A DNA stretch of 63,960 nucleotides from Paramecium tetraurelia (GCA_000165425.1 CT868285.1:434001-497960), one strand, 5' to 3'. Shown: positions 24,523 through 38,270, counted from the first letter of the stretch. Notes: a model not told the origin generated them from the letters alone. Numbers and translations: made by a program.

Positions 24523-26836
24523 TCATATGTTTTTTTATAAATGCCATTCATAGTAGGCTGCTTCAAGTTAATATGAGTTTTCTACCGACTTTACATTGTG
24601 ATCTGTTTCTATGAAACTAGCTCCTATCTGTTGCTTTTTCAATTGATCTAGATATTTCTCATACAAGATTTATGGATACTGATCCTGCGGTACTTTCAAT
24701 TTAAACTCTTCGAAACTCTAAATCGGAGCGGCTTTTATATTGTATTTCTGTTAAAGTTCCTAAAGGATTTAATCTATATCATTTCTATAATATATACTTT
24801 TTCTCATATTTAATTATTCTGTATATGATACATTTGATTGGTCAAACACTTCCTATATTTATTCTTATTCTATTATTGGATTTTCCTTTTATACATTCTA
24901 CTCTGAAACCAGTTTGATGTTTTCTAAGAAATTAAGATCGACTTCATCAGCCTTTTACAAATACTTTTAAAGTCTCTCTTCTCTTGGATTAAGAATTTTT
25001 AATTCTTATTTAGGTTCAACTTCTTCTTCCTCCTAAACTAGTTCCATAGTGATTTCTGTGTCAAATAATGGACTAGAAAAGCGTTACTAAGGTTTCACAG
25101 ATCTTAAATTATTATTATTGTTAGCAAATTAAGCAAAAATTTTATCGTATTCATTAAGAATTGGTTGCTTACTATGTTTTTTCTCAGTAGGTGGAGGAGT
25201 TATTTTTTATACTTCTTCAATTAGTGTATTAGGAATATCCTATTGTTCTAATTTATTATTAATATTTAATTATTAAGGAATATCCTTTTGATCAATATCG
25301 ATTTTAGAAGTGTGTAAAGTGTTCTCAACTTATTGCAATAAACTTTCTGTTTTTAATTTCAATTAATCTTTTATTGATTGTTTGTTATTTATTTGAGGTT
25401 CGAATTTATCGGTTGTTGATTATTCAACTTCAATATTCTTTTTGGCTTCTTCAAACATTTACTAAATTTTAGGTGAAAACTTAGGTGCTCTATCAATATA
25501 TTTTAATTCAATAAGTTTTTCAGCTTTGCTTTCTTCTTGCATATCAATATTATTTCTTGATAAAAATGAAACATTAATGGATTCTTTTGGATTAAATTCT
25601 ATGATGTTAATCTTTTTGGTTCTGTCTTCTGAAATCTTTTCTAATTTCTATAATTCTTCCTCAATATTAATAGGTTTTGAAATTTTGATTGGAGTCATTT
25701 CAATTTCCTCATCTTCACTTTCGCTTTCACTTTCACTATCAATAGGTTCTTATTGAGGAATTTCATTAAGATTAGAATCAAAACTATTAATTCCATTAGG
25801 ATGATTTATTTATTCTTCTAAATTTAAAATTGATTGATTTATCATCTTCTTTAAGCTCTCTTCATGAGAAGTGTGGGGTTGTTCAATCTTATCGATTTTA
25901 ATAGTTTATTCTATTAGATTCTCAACTTTATCTTAAATAACTGTAGGATTTTCTTTTTTAAAAGGTATGAATTTTGATAAGGTTGGTTTTTCTTGTTAAT
26001 TATGAAATTCAGTACTAATTTTTAATTGTTTAGTTTAATCATTCCCTAACTTATAATAATTATTACTAAAGTATAACAAGCATTCATCTTCACAAATGAA
26101 AGTTGATTAAGCTATGATGGATAGTGCTGTTGATTGTTTCATAAGGTTGTAGCCTTAGAATGTTGGCAAGTCATCGATCCTAGACTATAGAATATCAACT
26201 GCACCAGCCACAACGCAGACTCCTAATATTTCAGTATCTATGGATTGGAACTTAAGCATGATTCCCTCATTTCTGATGTCTAAATTATAGATTAATTGCA
26301 GATACCCTGTTAAAATGAGAAGGTATTGCTTTATTATCTGACTCCAGTTAAGAATACCCATGATTTAGGTACCTTGACAAACTATCTAGAGATTTTAGAT
26401 GAGAATACTTTAGATAAGGAATGAACACGATTTCTTTGACTTTAAAATTGAGGCAATTCACTTAGACTCTATCATCAAGGATAGCCATGTATCGATATTC
26501 TAAGGATTGTTCTGTTCCACTCAAAACTCCAACTGTAAATCCTAGACTTAGTATGGAATAGAATACCATCAGCGGTCACATTGTAAATCTTGCTGAAATA
26601 CACCTAAGAATTATGATTCATTAGACTATTAATTGTTAAAGCAACCTAAGGGACACGGATAAATGGCTGATCAAATTAAATTTCCTTTATTTTTCATTTG
26701 CAATTTGTCATACTTAATATTAAAGTTTTCCAGGCTAGAGATCTTCAAATTGAATTAACCCAATCTCTAATTATAATGGTATGTTTTTGCAAGTAGCCAA
26801 ATAAAACAGAAGAAGGCCTATTAGTTATACCTTCAT
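24523..26836 (-). CDS. Secreted protein with N-terminal H-type lectin-like domain and long acidic low-complexity tail
   Basis: Signal peptide MKVQLIGLLLFYLATC. After splicing, EIQFDQPFIRVPQVALTINSL..NVTADGFTV..YRYMAI fits the H-lectin pattern. No C-terminal TM. Confidence 0.65.
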
Positions 26837-27057
26837 AAAATTAATATTATATTAAAAAACGAATCAAACTAAATTGAAATCAATCAATAATTTTATTTTA
26901 TACAAGAATTTGATTAGCTCCATAATAATTTGATAGATTACTAAGGGTTTCTATAGAATTGATAATAATGGATGATATTCAAATTCTGAGTGTACATTAA
27001 ATAAGTGTTGTTGATTTAAATATTAAATATAAATTATTAATTAGTAATATATCTATT

Positions 27058-29661
27058 ATGCTTACAAAACAATAGGCTTTTAAAAGATCAGAATCACTCT
27101 CAGAAGTTGATTACAGAATATATGTAGAGTTGCTAAGAGGTAAAGTTTATAGAGGAGTCATATTCATATCGGTTCATATTCACAAAAGTGATGGATTATT
27201 CTTTGATTGGTAAGGCGGTAAACTTGATGGAGTAACAGTGAACGGTAATGCAGTTGAATGGAAATTGGAAGAAGGATTCATTACATTGGTTGGCTAAGAA
27301 AATCTTTAAGGCCAGACTGAAATAAGAAGTAAAATTTAAGTTATGTTATTCTAGTAAATTTTGAGAACGAATATTCTACCACAGGTTATGGATTGCATTC
27401 ATTTATTGATTCAGACGAATAATAATATCTATATTCATAATGCGAACCCCATCACTTTTCCAAGATGTTTCCATGCTTTGATCAACCAGATTTAAAAGGT
27501 TTTAAATAAATTAAATTTAAAAGGCACTCTTAAGTTGATTGCTCAGGCTCCAAAAGAATGGAAGATAATCAGCAATGAAAAGAAAGTAGAAGGAAATCTG
27601 TAAAATATAGAATTGGTATTGGTCTAAGAATTAGGTTACATTTAACATAAGGATGATTATTAAATATAAGAGTTTGTGAAAACTAAAAAATTATCCACTT
27701 ATCTCTATGCTGTTGTTGCAGGACCCTATGAGGAGATAAAATGTGAAGAATTGCATAATGGAATTGAAATGAGCTTGTTCTGTAGAGTTTCTTTGAAATA
27801 ATTTTTGTAAGGAGACAGCAATGACATTTTTAAACTAACAAAGGATGGTATGAAATATTATGAATAACTATTCTAATTTCCATATCCATTTAGCAAATAC
27901 GATCAAATATTTTGTCCAGAATATGCTACAGGTGCTATGGAAAATGCTGGAGCTGTTACTATAAATGATAATCAAATATTCAAAGAGGAAGTGCCCATAG
28001 ATTAAATTGCATAAAGAGGAAATGTTCTGTTGCATGAACTGTCACATATGTGGTTTGGAGATTTGGTAACAATGAAATGGTGGGATGATTTATGGTTGAA
28101 TGAGAGTTTTGCCGAATTCATTTCACATTTATGCTAAACAAAGGTTCACAACATTCCTATTGATCATTGGGTGGAATTCTTAAAGAGTAAAATCTGGGGT
28201 TATATAACAGATCAGAGAAACACTACTCATCCCATCTTCTGCGATGTTCAGAATACTGATCAAGCAGACAATATTTTTGATGGGATTACCTATGCTAAAG
28301 GTGCAGCCTTATTAAAACAGTTATTCACTATGATGGGAGAACAAAAATTCAGTCAAGCTATGGGATAATATTTTAACAAGTATCAATATTCAAACACAAC
28401 TCTTGCTGATTTCTTTGGAGTCTTGAAATAGCAATTTGAAGGAGACTATTTGCTATAGTGGTAATAAGATTGGATTATGAAGGCTGGTTTAAATTTGGTT
28501 GAACTTACCTCAGTCAATGAAAAAAGCTATACATTCAAATAAACAGCAACTCTTAAAGACTTGCATCCAACCTTAAGAAATCAAATGTTCAAAGTTGGAT
28601 TATATGATCATGATGGCAAAGAATTAGAAGTCAAACTCATTTAATTAAATCCAACTGAAGAAACTGTTTTAGAATTCGAACATTAGAATGCTTATGTACT
28701 CTTAAATTTTGATGATGGTTCATTCGTAAAAACTTCATATTCATAATAATAAGCAGACTTTTTCCTAAAGAATCTCTCTAATCTCTCAACTATCAATAGA
28801 GTTTTGGTCTTGAGATCTATTTGGGATTAAGTTAGAGATGGACTTACTGGTTTTACAACATTCATCAATGGAGTTTTGAAATCATTACTGAATGAAACTG
28901 ATGATGCAGTTCTTTAAATGGTTTTAGAATGGTGCACTGGAGGTGTCTCTTTCTATTGTCCAATCAAGCATAGATAAACCTTTGAGAATGAATTGGCTCA
29001 TGTGATTATTGAATTATTGAGAAAGTGTCCAAAGGAAAATAAAAACAAAAGATTAATATTATTAGATTATTTGGCATTATGGGGTACATCTCAATAAAAT
29101 TTGGAATTCTTGTTACAACACATCAATTCAGATGATGCAGAATTCGGTTTCATAGGGTTGTCAAATGGATGGCGAATAATTAGAAACATATTTGCTAATC
29201 TTAACATTCCCAAAGAACAAAAATGGTAGCTATTTGAAAAATGGGCTTAAAGAGATGGAACAGACGAAGTCAGACTTTAAAAAAGATTTTTAGAAAACCT
29301 GTTTAACTTCGATAAACTTTGGGATTATTTCATTAATTATAACAAAGAAGAGAGTATTCCAATGGTTAGGGAAGCAATGGCTGCATTTAATCACAAAATA
29401 TATTTAGAATAATTACAAACATATGAGTAGAAGTATTTTGAAGCCTTACCAACGATATTTTCAACTAAGAGTTCAGAATATGCAAAGGAGTTCTATCATT
29501 CCCTATATCCAATTAATGACAATATTAACTCATATATCGAACTATGTGAGAAAACCTTGTTAAAGTCATAACACGATATCTTAACTAAATTTTTAAAGGA
29601 TTCAATAGATGCAGATTAAAGAAGATTAAAAACTTATAAGTTCTTTTTGGATCCAAAATGA
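27058..29661 (+). CDS. M1-family aminopeptidase N
   Basis: [44 protein letters not shown] (HExxH-x18-E) and [10 protein letters not shown]. Confidence 0.95.
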
Positions 29662-29829
29662 ATAGTATAATAAATAATTGATTAAAATTATTCTTATTTT
29701 ATTGATTTTCTTCTAAAATCAACATTATGATTCCCTTAAAGTATGAGTAAATAGATTAAAATTTTATATAGAATAAATTTTAGATAGACATAACTCTAAT
29801 ATATTAAAAATTAATAAAAATAGAACTAT

Positions 29830-30882
29830 TCATTATGATATTTTTTAAAAAAGAGATTCAAATTCAGTAGAAAAAGTAGCCTCGATTTCTAACTTTCCAT
29901 TTTTTTAGATAATTGTCCCATTTGAGTTTTAATAAAATGATTCATTAATATCAACAGGAAAATTCTAAAATACAATCCTTTTTGCCTAAAGCATTATTCC
30001 TTAATCTTCACCAAATATTGAGGTCTGTAAATCACGATTAGTTTTAGTAAACTAGAATCCATATTTTTGATCAAATAGTATTGGTGTGTTTAGGACTTAG
30101 CTTAAATGCGCTCTAATTTAATGTTTACGACCTTCAAAAATTTGTAAATCAAGGATTGAATACATTTCATCTTGATATTAATATTCTTCGATAACTTCAT
30201 AAGAAGTTCTTGCAGGTAGATATTTACCTTCTAATAGTTGTTCTTCATTATAACAAGTTTATTTTTGATTATTAGTATTAAATAATAATGGACGGTCAAT
30301 TAAACCTTTTTGTACTTTTATTTGACCTTAAACCACGGCAATATATTTTTTTGTGATAAAGGCTTTTTCTTAAATGATCGTACTTATTTCTGTTGCGATA
30401 TCTTTATTTTTAGCAATGATCAAAAGGCCAGATGTTAATTGATCTAATCTATGAATAATGTAGAAGTTTTTAAAATATAAATTTAAAATCTCTGGTATGT
30501 TGTAATTTGGATTGGCTCCTCCTTGTGATGCATATCCATGTTTTTTATTGAGAATGATAATTTAATCATTCTCATACAGAATCATTTTTTTTAATTCTTC
30601 ATAGGCTTAAGTGTTAGGAACAGGTCTTAATTAGGTGTCTGCTTATTTCTTTAATTTATCCCAGTATGTAACCACATCTCCTTCTTTTAATAAGAATTGG
30701 TGATCTTTAATCTTTTTGTTATTAACATTAATTTCGCCATTTCTAATCAATTTCTAAACTTCATTCCAACTGCGATTGAGGTCAGCAATAAGGAATTTAT
30801 CTATTCTCGTGCCTGAATGAGAGTTGAAAACGGGTACACTTAATTTAGTAAAATGCGATTTAATGAATGTGGTTAAGAACAT
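29830..30882 (-). CDS. RluA/RluC-family pseudouridine synthase with S4 domain, probably mitochondrial
   Basis: S4 motif RIDKFL..VQKLIRNGEINVN; LNKKHGYASQGG; catalytic HRLDQLTSGLL; GRKHQIRAHL. Presequence-like N-terminus MFLTTFIKSHFTKLS. Confidence 0.92.
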
Positions 30883-30896
30883 GAATATAATATTTT

Positions 30897-33224
30897 ATGT
30901 TATTATAAATTTTATTATTGTGCTTAATTAATTGTTAATATGAACCCGTTTTGATAGCTAGGTTTGGGAGAAGTAAAAATAAATTAGAAAAAAATCCTGC
31001 TCCTTAGTTTGAATGTGTGGATGAAATAAATGAAGATGAAGAAAAACCCAAAGAGTATTCAATTAAAGTCGGAACACTCTATTAATTAACAGATGGAACT
31101 TGGTATTTAAAATCCACTGATCCTGCCAGTGGATAAACGTACCTCATGAATTTAAACGATATTACTCGAGTCAAGTATGTACCCAAGGAAGAAGAGGATG
31201 ATAATAAGAAGAAGAAGACTGAAGATAGACCTGAATAAGTATTGAAAGAATTTGAATGGACTCCTTTGATTGCTTACGAGAGTTTTCCAAGAAACAGAGG
31301 AGGCCATTCGATGCATGCTATAGGAGATATAATAGTTGTATTTGGCGGATGTTTTTTGGACATAAAATGCTTTGATGATCTTTTTCTATTCGATGCAAGA
31401 ACTCGTGTTTGGACTTCTCCTAGAGTTTTTGGTATTCCCCCAGTGGGTAGAACTGGATTTGGAGCATTGGTGAATGGAGCAAAGCTCTTTATATTTGGAG
31501 GATCTACATTATAGGGATTGACGAATGATCTGTTCGTATTTGATCTAGAGAGTAAAAGTTGGAATCAATTGTTTTGGCCAGGCATAGTTCCAACACCAAG
31601 AGCAGGACACAAGATGGTTTTGACAGCCATAGGAGGTATAGTATTTGGAGGGTTTATGGGTGAGAGGTACTCTAATGATGTGTATGTTCTTGACATTTTA
31701 AATGAGCAGTGGTTAAAGCCAGTTGTAAGTGGTGACATTCCTATAGGGAGGGAGAGTTTCTCAATGGTTTCTCATCATGGTGTTGTATATGTATTTGGAG
31801 GGTATGCCACTGGAACAGTTCTCGATGATGTATACACTATTAATGAGGATTTGACTTGGGAAAAAAAGGAACCGGCAGGTAAGGTGCCATCTCCAAGATA
31901 GGGAGCAGCATTGGCTGAATACGATCACAGAATATTTGTAGCAGGAGGGTGTAATCCAAAGACGTTTGAGTGCTATAATGATTTATATGCATTTGATACT
32001 ACTACTAATCACTTTAGTACTGTGAATGCTTTTAAGAAAAAGAATTTGAAGTCTGTAGAATTTGCAGGGATGGCATTTGCAGGTCAATTGTTAATTCATT
32101 TCGGTGGGTGTAAATTAGATAAAACTTGTAGTGATTCATTGACGGCAGTGTTACTTAATTCCAATGAATACTGTCCTCCCTGTAGAAATGGGGGAGTCTG
32201 CAGAGTTGGTCATTGCAGTTGTCAATAGGGTTGGTAAGGTATAGATTGTACAATGAAAGTGTTATGCAGGTAGAATTGTTTAGGATAGGGTACTTGCTTA
32301 AGTAATGGGTATTGCAGATGTTATCCAGGGTTCACAGGAACAGTCTGTCAATTGCAAATACCTTGTCCCAGTAATTGTACTGATGCTGAACATGGAGAAT
32401 GTTAGTTGGATGGGAAATGTAAGTGCAAAGAAGGGTTTAGTGGTTCAACATGTGGGGAAGATCCTAAAGAGGAAGATAAGAAAGAAGAGGAAATATGTAA
32501 GAATAAATGTAATCGTCATGGGAAATGTAATTATTATACAGGGTTATGTGAATGTGAGTATGGATTTAGTGGTCCTGATTGCTCGGTTGTGTCTTCTTCT
32601 GATGATTATAAATCCATTTGGTAATTGCTTAAGGATGATGATAACGAACCTGAAACTGGGACAACTAATGTAAATATGCAGGATTTCATAGCAACTGGTC
32701 ATAAATTTAAAAAACAATAGACTTATTAAATGTCATCTGAAGATGAGGGGGAAGAAGATGTTTATGACGAGAATTAAGATTAGGAGAATGTGTTTAAGAG
32801 AACAAGACGATCTTAGACCAAAAGTCTTCAGAGTAATGATCAAAATATGACTAATTATTAACTAACTATGGTACCACCAAAGGCTTAAAAGGAGGAGGAC
32901 CCTTATTAATTGATGTTGTTGAGTGAATGCCATAAAAGATGTTCGGAACATGGAGTTTGCATTGAACACGTGTGCTATTGTTGGTTTGGATATTCTGGAG
33001 ATCATTGTTAGGCATCTAAAATAGGGGATTTCTATTTGGGATGGAGAAAGAAGAAGGTTATGATTGCTTGTTTGATAAGTTTGCTGGTTGGTATGCTAAT
33101 GGGATATGGTGTTGTGATGTTGATGAGAAAGAGAGGAAATGATGACGAATTCAGAAATATGTCAGAAGTTCCTAGTTAGAAAATAGATGATAATGAAGGA
33201 GAAGTCGATGAAATAATTGTTTGA
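30897..33224 (+). CDS. Type I membrane protein with Kelch propeller and multiple EGF-like repeats
   Basis: Signal peptide MLLQILLLCLINC. Kelch repeats (RGGHSM..VFGG, PRAGHKM..FGG). Tenascin-type EGFs (CNRHGKCNYYTGLCECEYGFSGPDC). TM VMIACLISLLVGMLMGYGVVMLM followed by RKR. Confidence 0.9.
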
Positions 33225-33250
33225 TTTATATTAATTATATTTATATTAGT

Positions 33251-36200
33251 ATGGACGATAGTTTTAATCAAACTTAGCCAAAAAAGAAGACATTCTACAT
33301 TAGAAGGAGGGCAGACGACTCATAAAAATAATCTAAGCTCTTTCCGTCAGTCCAAGGACCAATAGTAATTATTCTTATTAAATTAGTCTTAATATCCTAG
33401 TATACCCATTTCTAAGATTATGCTAAAGAAGCCTACTTCAGGTGTGCCATCCTAGATTAGTAGAGGTTAAGATAAATAGGATCCACGAGTCAGTACACCC
33501 AAGGGACCAGTCAGCAGAATTTCTGAATTAGATGAGGAGGAGAAGAAGAATGAAGTAGAGGGTCCTTAGGTATAAATTCGGATTATATATGTTAAGTTGA
33601 AAATGAAGAAAGAGCATATATCATTTTTGGTTAAAACTGAAAACAGTCGGTTATAGATAATGTAGTTGTTTCAAATAATGGAAGTGCGGCTATTTATTAT
33701 GAGTGGAAGCGAATTGAGAGGTGGTAAGGAAGGTAGCCTAATTCAATCTAAGATATAAATGAAGAGAGGTTCTTTTGTCATCATGATTAAAATGTTATCA
33801 AACCAGGAGAAAGAATTAAATTTGTGTTTAGTTTTCTGTCCAAACAAGCAGGTGTTTTTAATGAGGAATGGGAATTGAAATGTGAGCCTCCATGTTTGAC
33901 TTAATTACCTAATTTGAAATTGACAGGCATTGCATTTATAGATGATGAATTAACAAATGGAAGAAAAGAATTTCAGAAATAAGTGAAAAACAAATTTGCA
34001 TTGAAAATAGCCACTGAAATAGTTGATGATATATTTGAAGAAGTCAAAACACCACCTCCACCTAAACCAGATCTAAGTGATCCTGAATAATTTAAAATAG
34101 AATTTGAAGAACTCAATTTGGGTGAATAATTATGGTTTACTCATGAAATTATGAACTTCTTTAATTTCTCCTCAGATGAAATATGTTAAGTATTGAAATA
34201 AGATATACCTTGGAATGGAGATGTTAAATTGCTAAGATAATCATGTCATACTATAGATGAAGAAGAGGTTAAAGATTTGGTATTACGTAAATTGGAATTG
34301 TGGGTTAAGTTGGCAAAGAAAGTACCAATCTCTAGAAATCCTATTTACAGTGTAGTCAAGGATTTATTAGGGGATGTGGCTAATTAAGTTCCTCAATTAT
34401 CCGAGGATATGCGTAAGGAATTGCAAATGTGGGAATATACTTTTCATGAACCTGAGGATTTGACACCAGAAAAGGCTAAAGCTAAATTGGATGAATTCAA
34501 TAAAAATGAAAGCAAATTGGTTGAAGAATGCCCAAAAAAGAAGAAATGGAATGATGATATGGAAAAGGAATTGATTGAGGAGTATAAAACTAAATTGGGA
34601 GCTAAAGTGGCTGATGCATTGGCATAAGCAGCTATCAAATTAGAAAATGATGGACAATTATTATAAGTAGGAGCAATGATGAAACCAGAATTAAAATGGA
34701 ATGTGTTTAGAAGGAGAAGATATTAATCTACTTACTTTTATGATCTTCTTAGAAAGAAAACAATTTAAGATTCAGATATTGAAGGAAAAAAAATTGGATT
34801 AAAGATCCATCTAAAATTAGCTAATAGACCAGATGTTTATGAACTCAAAGAAAAGTTTGAATAAACATTACTCAAAGAATAAGAAGAGGAGAATAAGAGG
34901 TTGGAAGAAGAAAGGTTGGAAAAGGAAAGATTGGCTTAAGAAGCAGCAAAGAAAAAAGGCAAAGGTAAACCAGTCAAATAAAAAGAAGTTGAAGTTGTAT
35001 AAGGTACTATTTAATTATGAATGATAGTCTAATAAAAGAACTATGATCTAAGTCATCTAGATTAAGCAACACTTTAAGAATGTGTTGACACTATCAAACT
35101 ATTGATGGAAAGATAAGCCAAGATTGTTGTATTACTTGTAAGTTATGACAATCCCAAGTGGAAAGTATAAGTTTACATCCTCAACTAAATTCTTTTACGA
35201 ATGGTTAAAGACTCACGTTGAGTGTCCTGTCTATTTTAATGATGCTATTATTGAAAATTTGGATGAACAATTAGAAACTCAAACCTATTAAGAAAATAGC
35301 GTTTTAGTATTAGAGAATCTATTCTTCTATCCAGATGAGGTTGGCTACCCTGAAGAAGAACCTGATATTGAATCCAAAACTCCTTACAGAACTCTATTAC
35401 CTTATGGAAATATTTATATCATTGGAGATAGAGTGAATTTCTTCTCAAGATTCTATCCTTCAATCATTCATATGAATGCAGATTAAACTATTCTATCCTC
35501 AGCCATTGCCAAAGATATTCATATATTATGTCACAATCTCATGGGATGTTAAGATCGAAATGGAACTCTAATTCTGGGAGGAGATCTGACTGGTGATAAG
35601 TTATTAACAATTGATTAGTTGTCCGGACATCTATCATCTATAGTCTTGTTAGGTAAATTGGGATTAGCATTCTATTTAACAATGTATGAGATACCAAGTG
35701 ATCTTGTGTCAGAAGCTGTGAGAGATGTTATCAAAAATCTACTTAATGTTTTGAGAGATGAATCAACTGAAAAGCCTCCTCAAAGATTGACTCGAATTTA
35801 GTCATCTCCAAGAACAACCAAAACCAAAGGCAAGGTTGATTTGTCCATAAGATTATCTAATTACAACATTTCCTGAAGGGTATGATCCTGCCAATTAAGA
35901 GCATGTATAGATTGTTACTACAAGCATTGCACCTTTTGTTCCTGAAGGCAATATACAACTTGAAGAGGGAAAAATACTTTTAGATTATGGACCTAAGACT
36001 ATTGAAATTGTTAAATAAGAAATCTAAAATGCCCAAAGATTGTTTTGGATAGATGATGCTAACCTTGGATTATACAACATCTAAAAGTAAATAACTGTTC
36101 CTGATTTCGAAGCTATTGCTCTACTCAAGAAATTAAGAGAAGAAGAGGCTGAAAGAGAAAGAGAGAGATTAGAAAAGTTAAAAGAAAAGAAAGGGGGAAA

Positions 36201-36818
36201 AGGAAATAAGAAAGGTCTCAAAGAAGAACCCCCCAAAGAGCCTATTAATAGTATTATATTATTTTCATTCTTTTTTAGTTAAAACTACTAAGGAAATTAA
36301 TGTTCCAGTCTTCAATCTCACAAATACAGACCTAGGATTCTTCATTTATGAGATGAATCAAGAAAAGAAAGATCGACATTAACATGCACAAAAATAAGGC
36401 CATTAAGTTCCTTATGATTTCAATTAAGACTGTGTAGTCACTATCATTGGTGAAAATTTGGAAAAAGTACTCAATCAAGAAGATTTTCAAAATATAGGAA
36501 ATGAGGAAGAGATTGAACAAGCACCAGAACCCAGTTAAAAAGGATCTTAATTTCCTCAGAGTGAAGCAGGAGAAGATTAGAAAGAATAGGAAGAAGAATA
36601 AATTGAAGATGGAAAAGGTCAAAATAAATTAAGTAATTTACAATCTAAAATCTTAGGTCAAATAATTATTAGCTGATTTCTATATATAGGATCAGGACTT
36701 TACTCTTTCATTTCTTGCTGGAAATCAAATTCATATCCAAACACTCGATGAGTACCCACCAAAACCAGAATCTGAAATTAATGAGGAGTAGTATTTTGAA
36801 GAAGATAGTACTCCTTGA
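33251..36818 (+). CDS. MYCBP-associated protein (MYCBPAP)-like domain fused to a catalytically degenerate phosphoglycerate kinase fold (about three frame breaks)
   Basis: MYCBPAP block: VSNNGSAAIYYEWKR..RFFCHHDQNVIKPGERIKFVFSFLSKQAGVFNEEWEL. PGK-like blocks: DIEGKKIGLKIHL, TIKLLMERQAKIVVLLVSY, VLENLFFYPDE, LILGGDLTGDKL, LDYGPKTIE. Confidence 0.8.
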
Positions 36819-37310
36819 TATATATATAATACATATAATATATATATTATATCAACAAAGTTACTACCATAATATTAATAAAATATGTGAATTGTTACAA
36901 TTATTTTCAATATAGAAATAATACCAAAAGCAGACTACACTTATAATATATATAATTCCAATTATATTAACTTCAATTAAACATTATAGTAGTCTTATTA
37001 GATGACCTTAAAAGTTGGTTATAATAGAAAGTAGTTGTAATACTCTAAGAATGATAAAATAGATAAGATTTTAATATTGTGAGTATTTATTATTAATTGT
37101 TTCGACAAAGTAATAAATCATTTTAAAACAAAATATAGACATATTCTGAAAATAGCCAATATGATATATTGATAAATTCCAATGTTAAGTGTAGTGAAGT
37201 TATTATAAATTAATAAGCTAAGATCGTTTCTCTAATCATCATCTAATACTATTCAATTCTAAATATATCTAGGAGATTTATGATTATAATCCAAAATTTA
37301 GTAATCAATA

Positions 37311-38270
37311 ATGAATGAATGTCTTTTATTAAATATTAATATTATTATAAAAAGAAGCTTTAAGATGAAGAGAGAAAGATATAGAAAGAATGTAACAATA
37401 AAAAGAGAAATACTCGAAAAAAAAAATAAAATTAGTCAAAGCTTTGTAAATCTCGAAAGCAGGAATTTTTCGGATTGTTTTCAAGAATAAACCAGAAGCT
37501 TTAGTTGTTATGGTACTGAATTTGGATAGTTGAACAAATTCTAGATTCGATTCAAAAATATTTTGCCTGATTACAAAACCAAACAATCTATTCATGAGAA
37601 TGAAATGAACGAGAAAAAGAGAAGACAAACACTAAATATAGAGAATGTGGATATTCTCAAATTTTATAGAGGAATTTATGATATCAATAAAAGCAAAACT
37701 CTCATCAAAACACTTAAAATGCTCAAGACATCTAAATAAGATTTCGATGAAGTCTCTAAGTAAATCAAGTAGCCACACAAGGATATAAATAAAAAGAAAA
37801 AAAGAAGAAGTAGTTGTTATTGTGCATTAAGTGGCAAAATGAGTGAAAAATAAATCAGATATTAACATGATCCATATTTCGACAAATTTAACATGTTTTA
37901 ACAATAAAGAAAACTTTCAATCTGTTTAACAAATAGAAAAAGGTATTAAGATAAACTAAAATCTCAAATTTAATAAGAAAACATTAAAATATCATACATT
38001 AGTTAAAATAAGTCGCCCATCAACAAATATAAATGTGTCTCGAGAACTACGAAATTGATTCTAGAGCAAACTCAAACCAAGATATTGCAATAAGGGTTAA
38101 GATATTCGGCATTACCATCTTAAAGATTTAAAACTGAACCAGCATAATCATCACCTCGATCTTTTAAATTGTATCCAATATAACTCAACAAATTAAGGTT
38201 GGGTTAATCAACATTTAGATCAAGTCATCTAAAAGAGAGTTTCAAAACATTGGCCAACATTTATAGATGA
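37311..38270 (+). CDS. Hypothetical basic protein with RRSSCYC motif (start uncertain)
   Basis: Open code-6 frame from about 37450 to TGA 38268-38270, containing KKRRSSCYCALSGKMSEKQ. The 5' exon structure is unresolved. Confidence 0.55.

Noticed and set aside
27058..29661. Recent horizontal transfer of a bacterial-type pepN
   Set aside because: It uses TAA/TAG as Gln, has tiny introns and matches host composition; any transfer is ancient and cannot be shown here.
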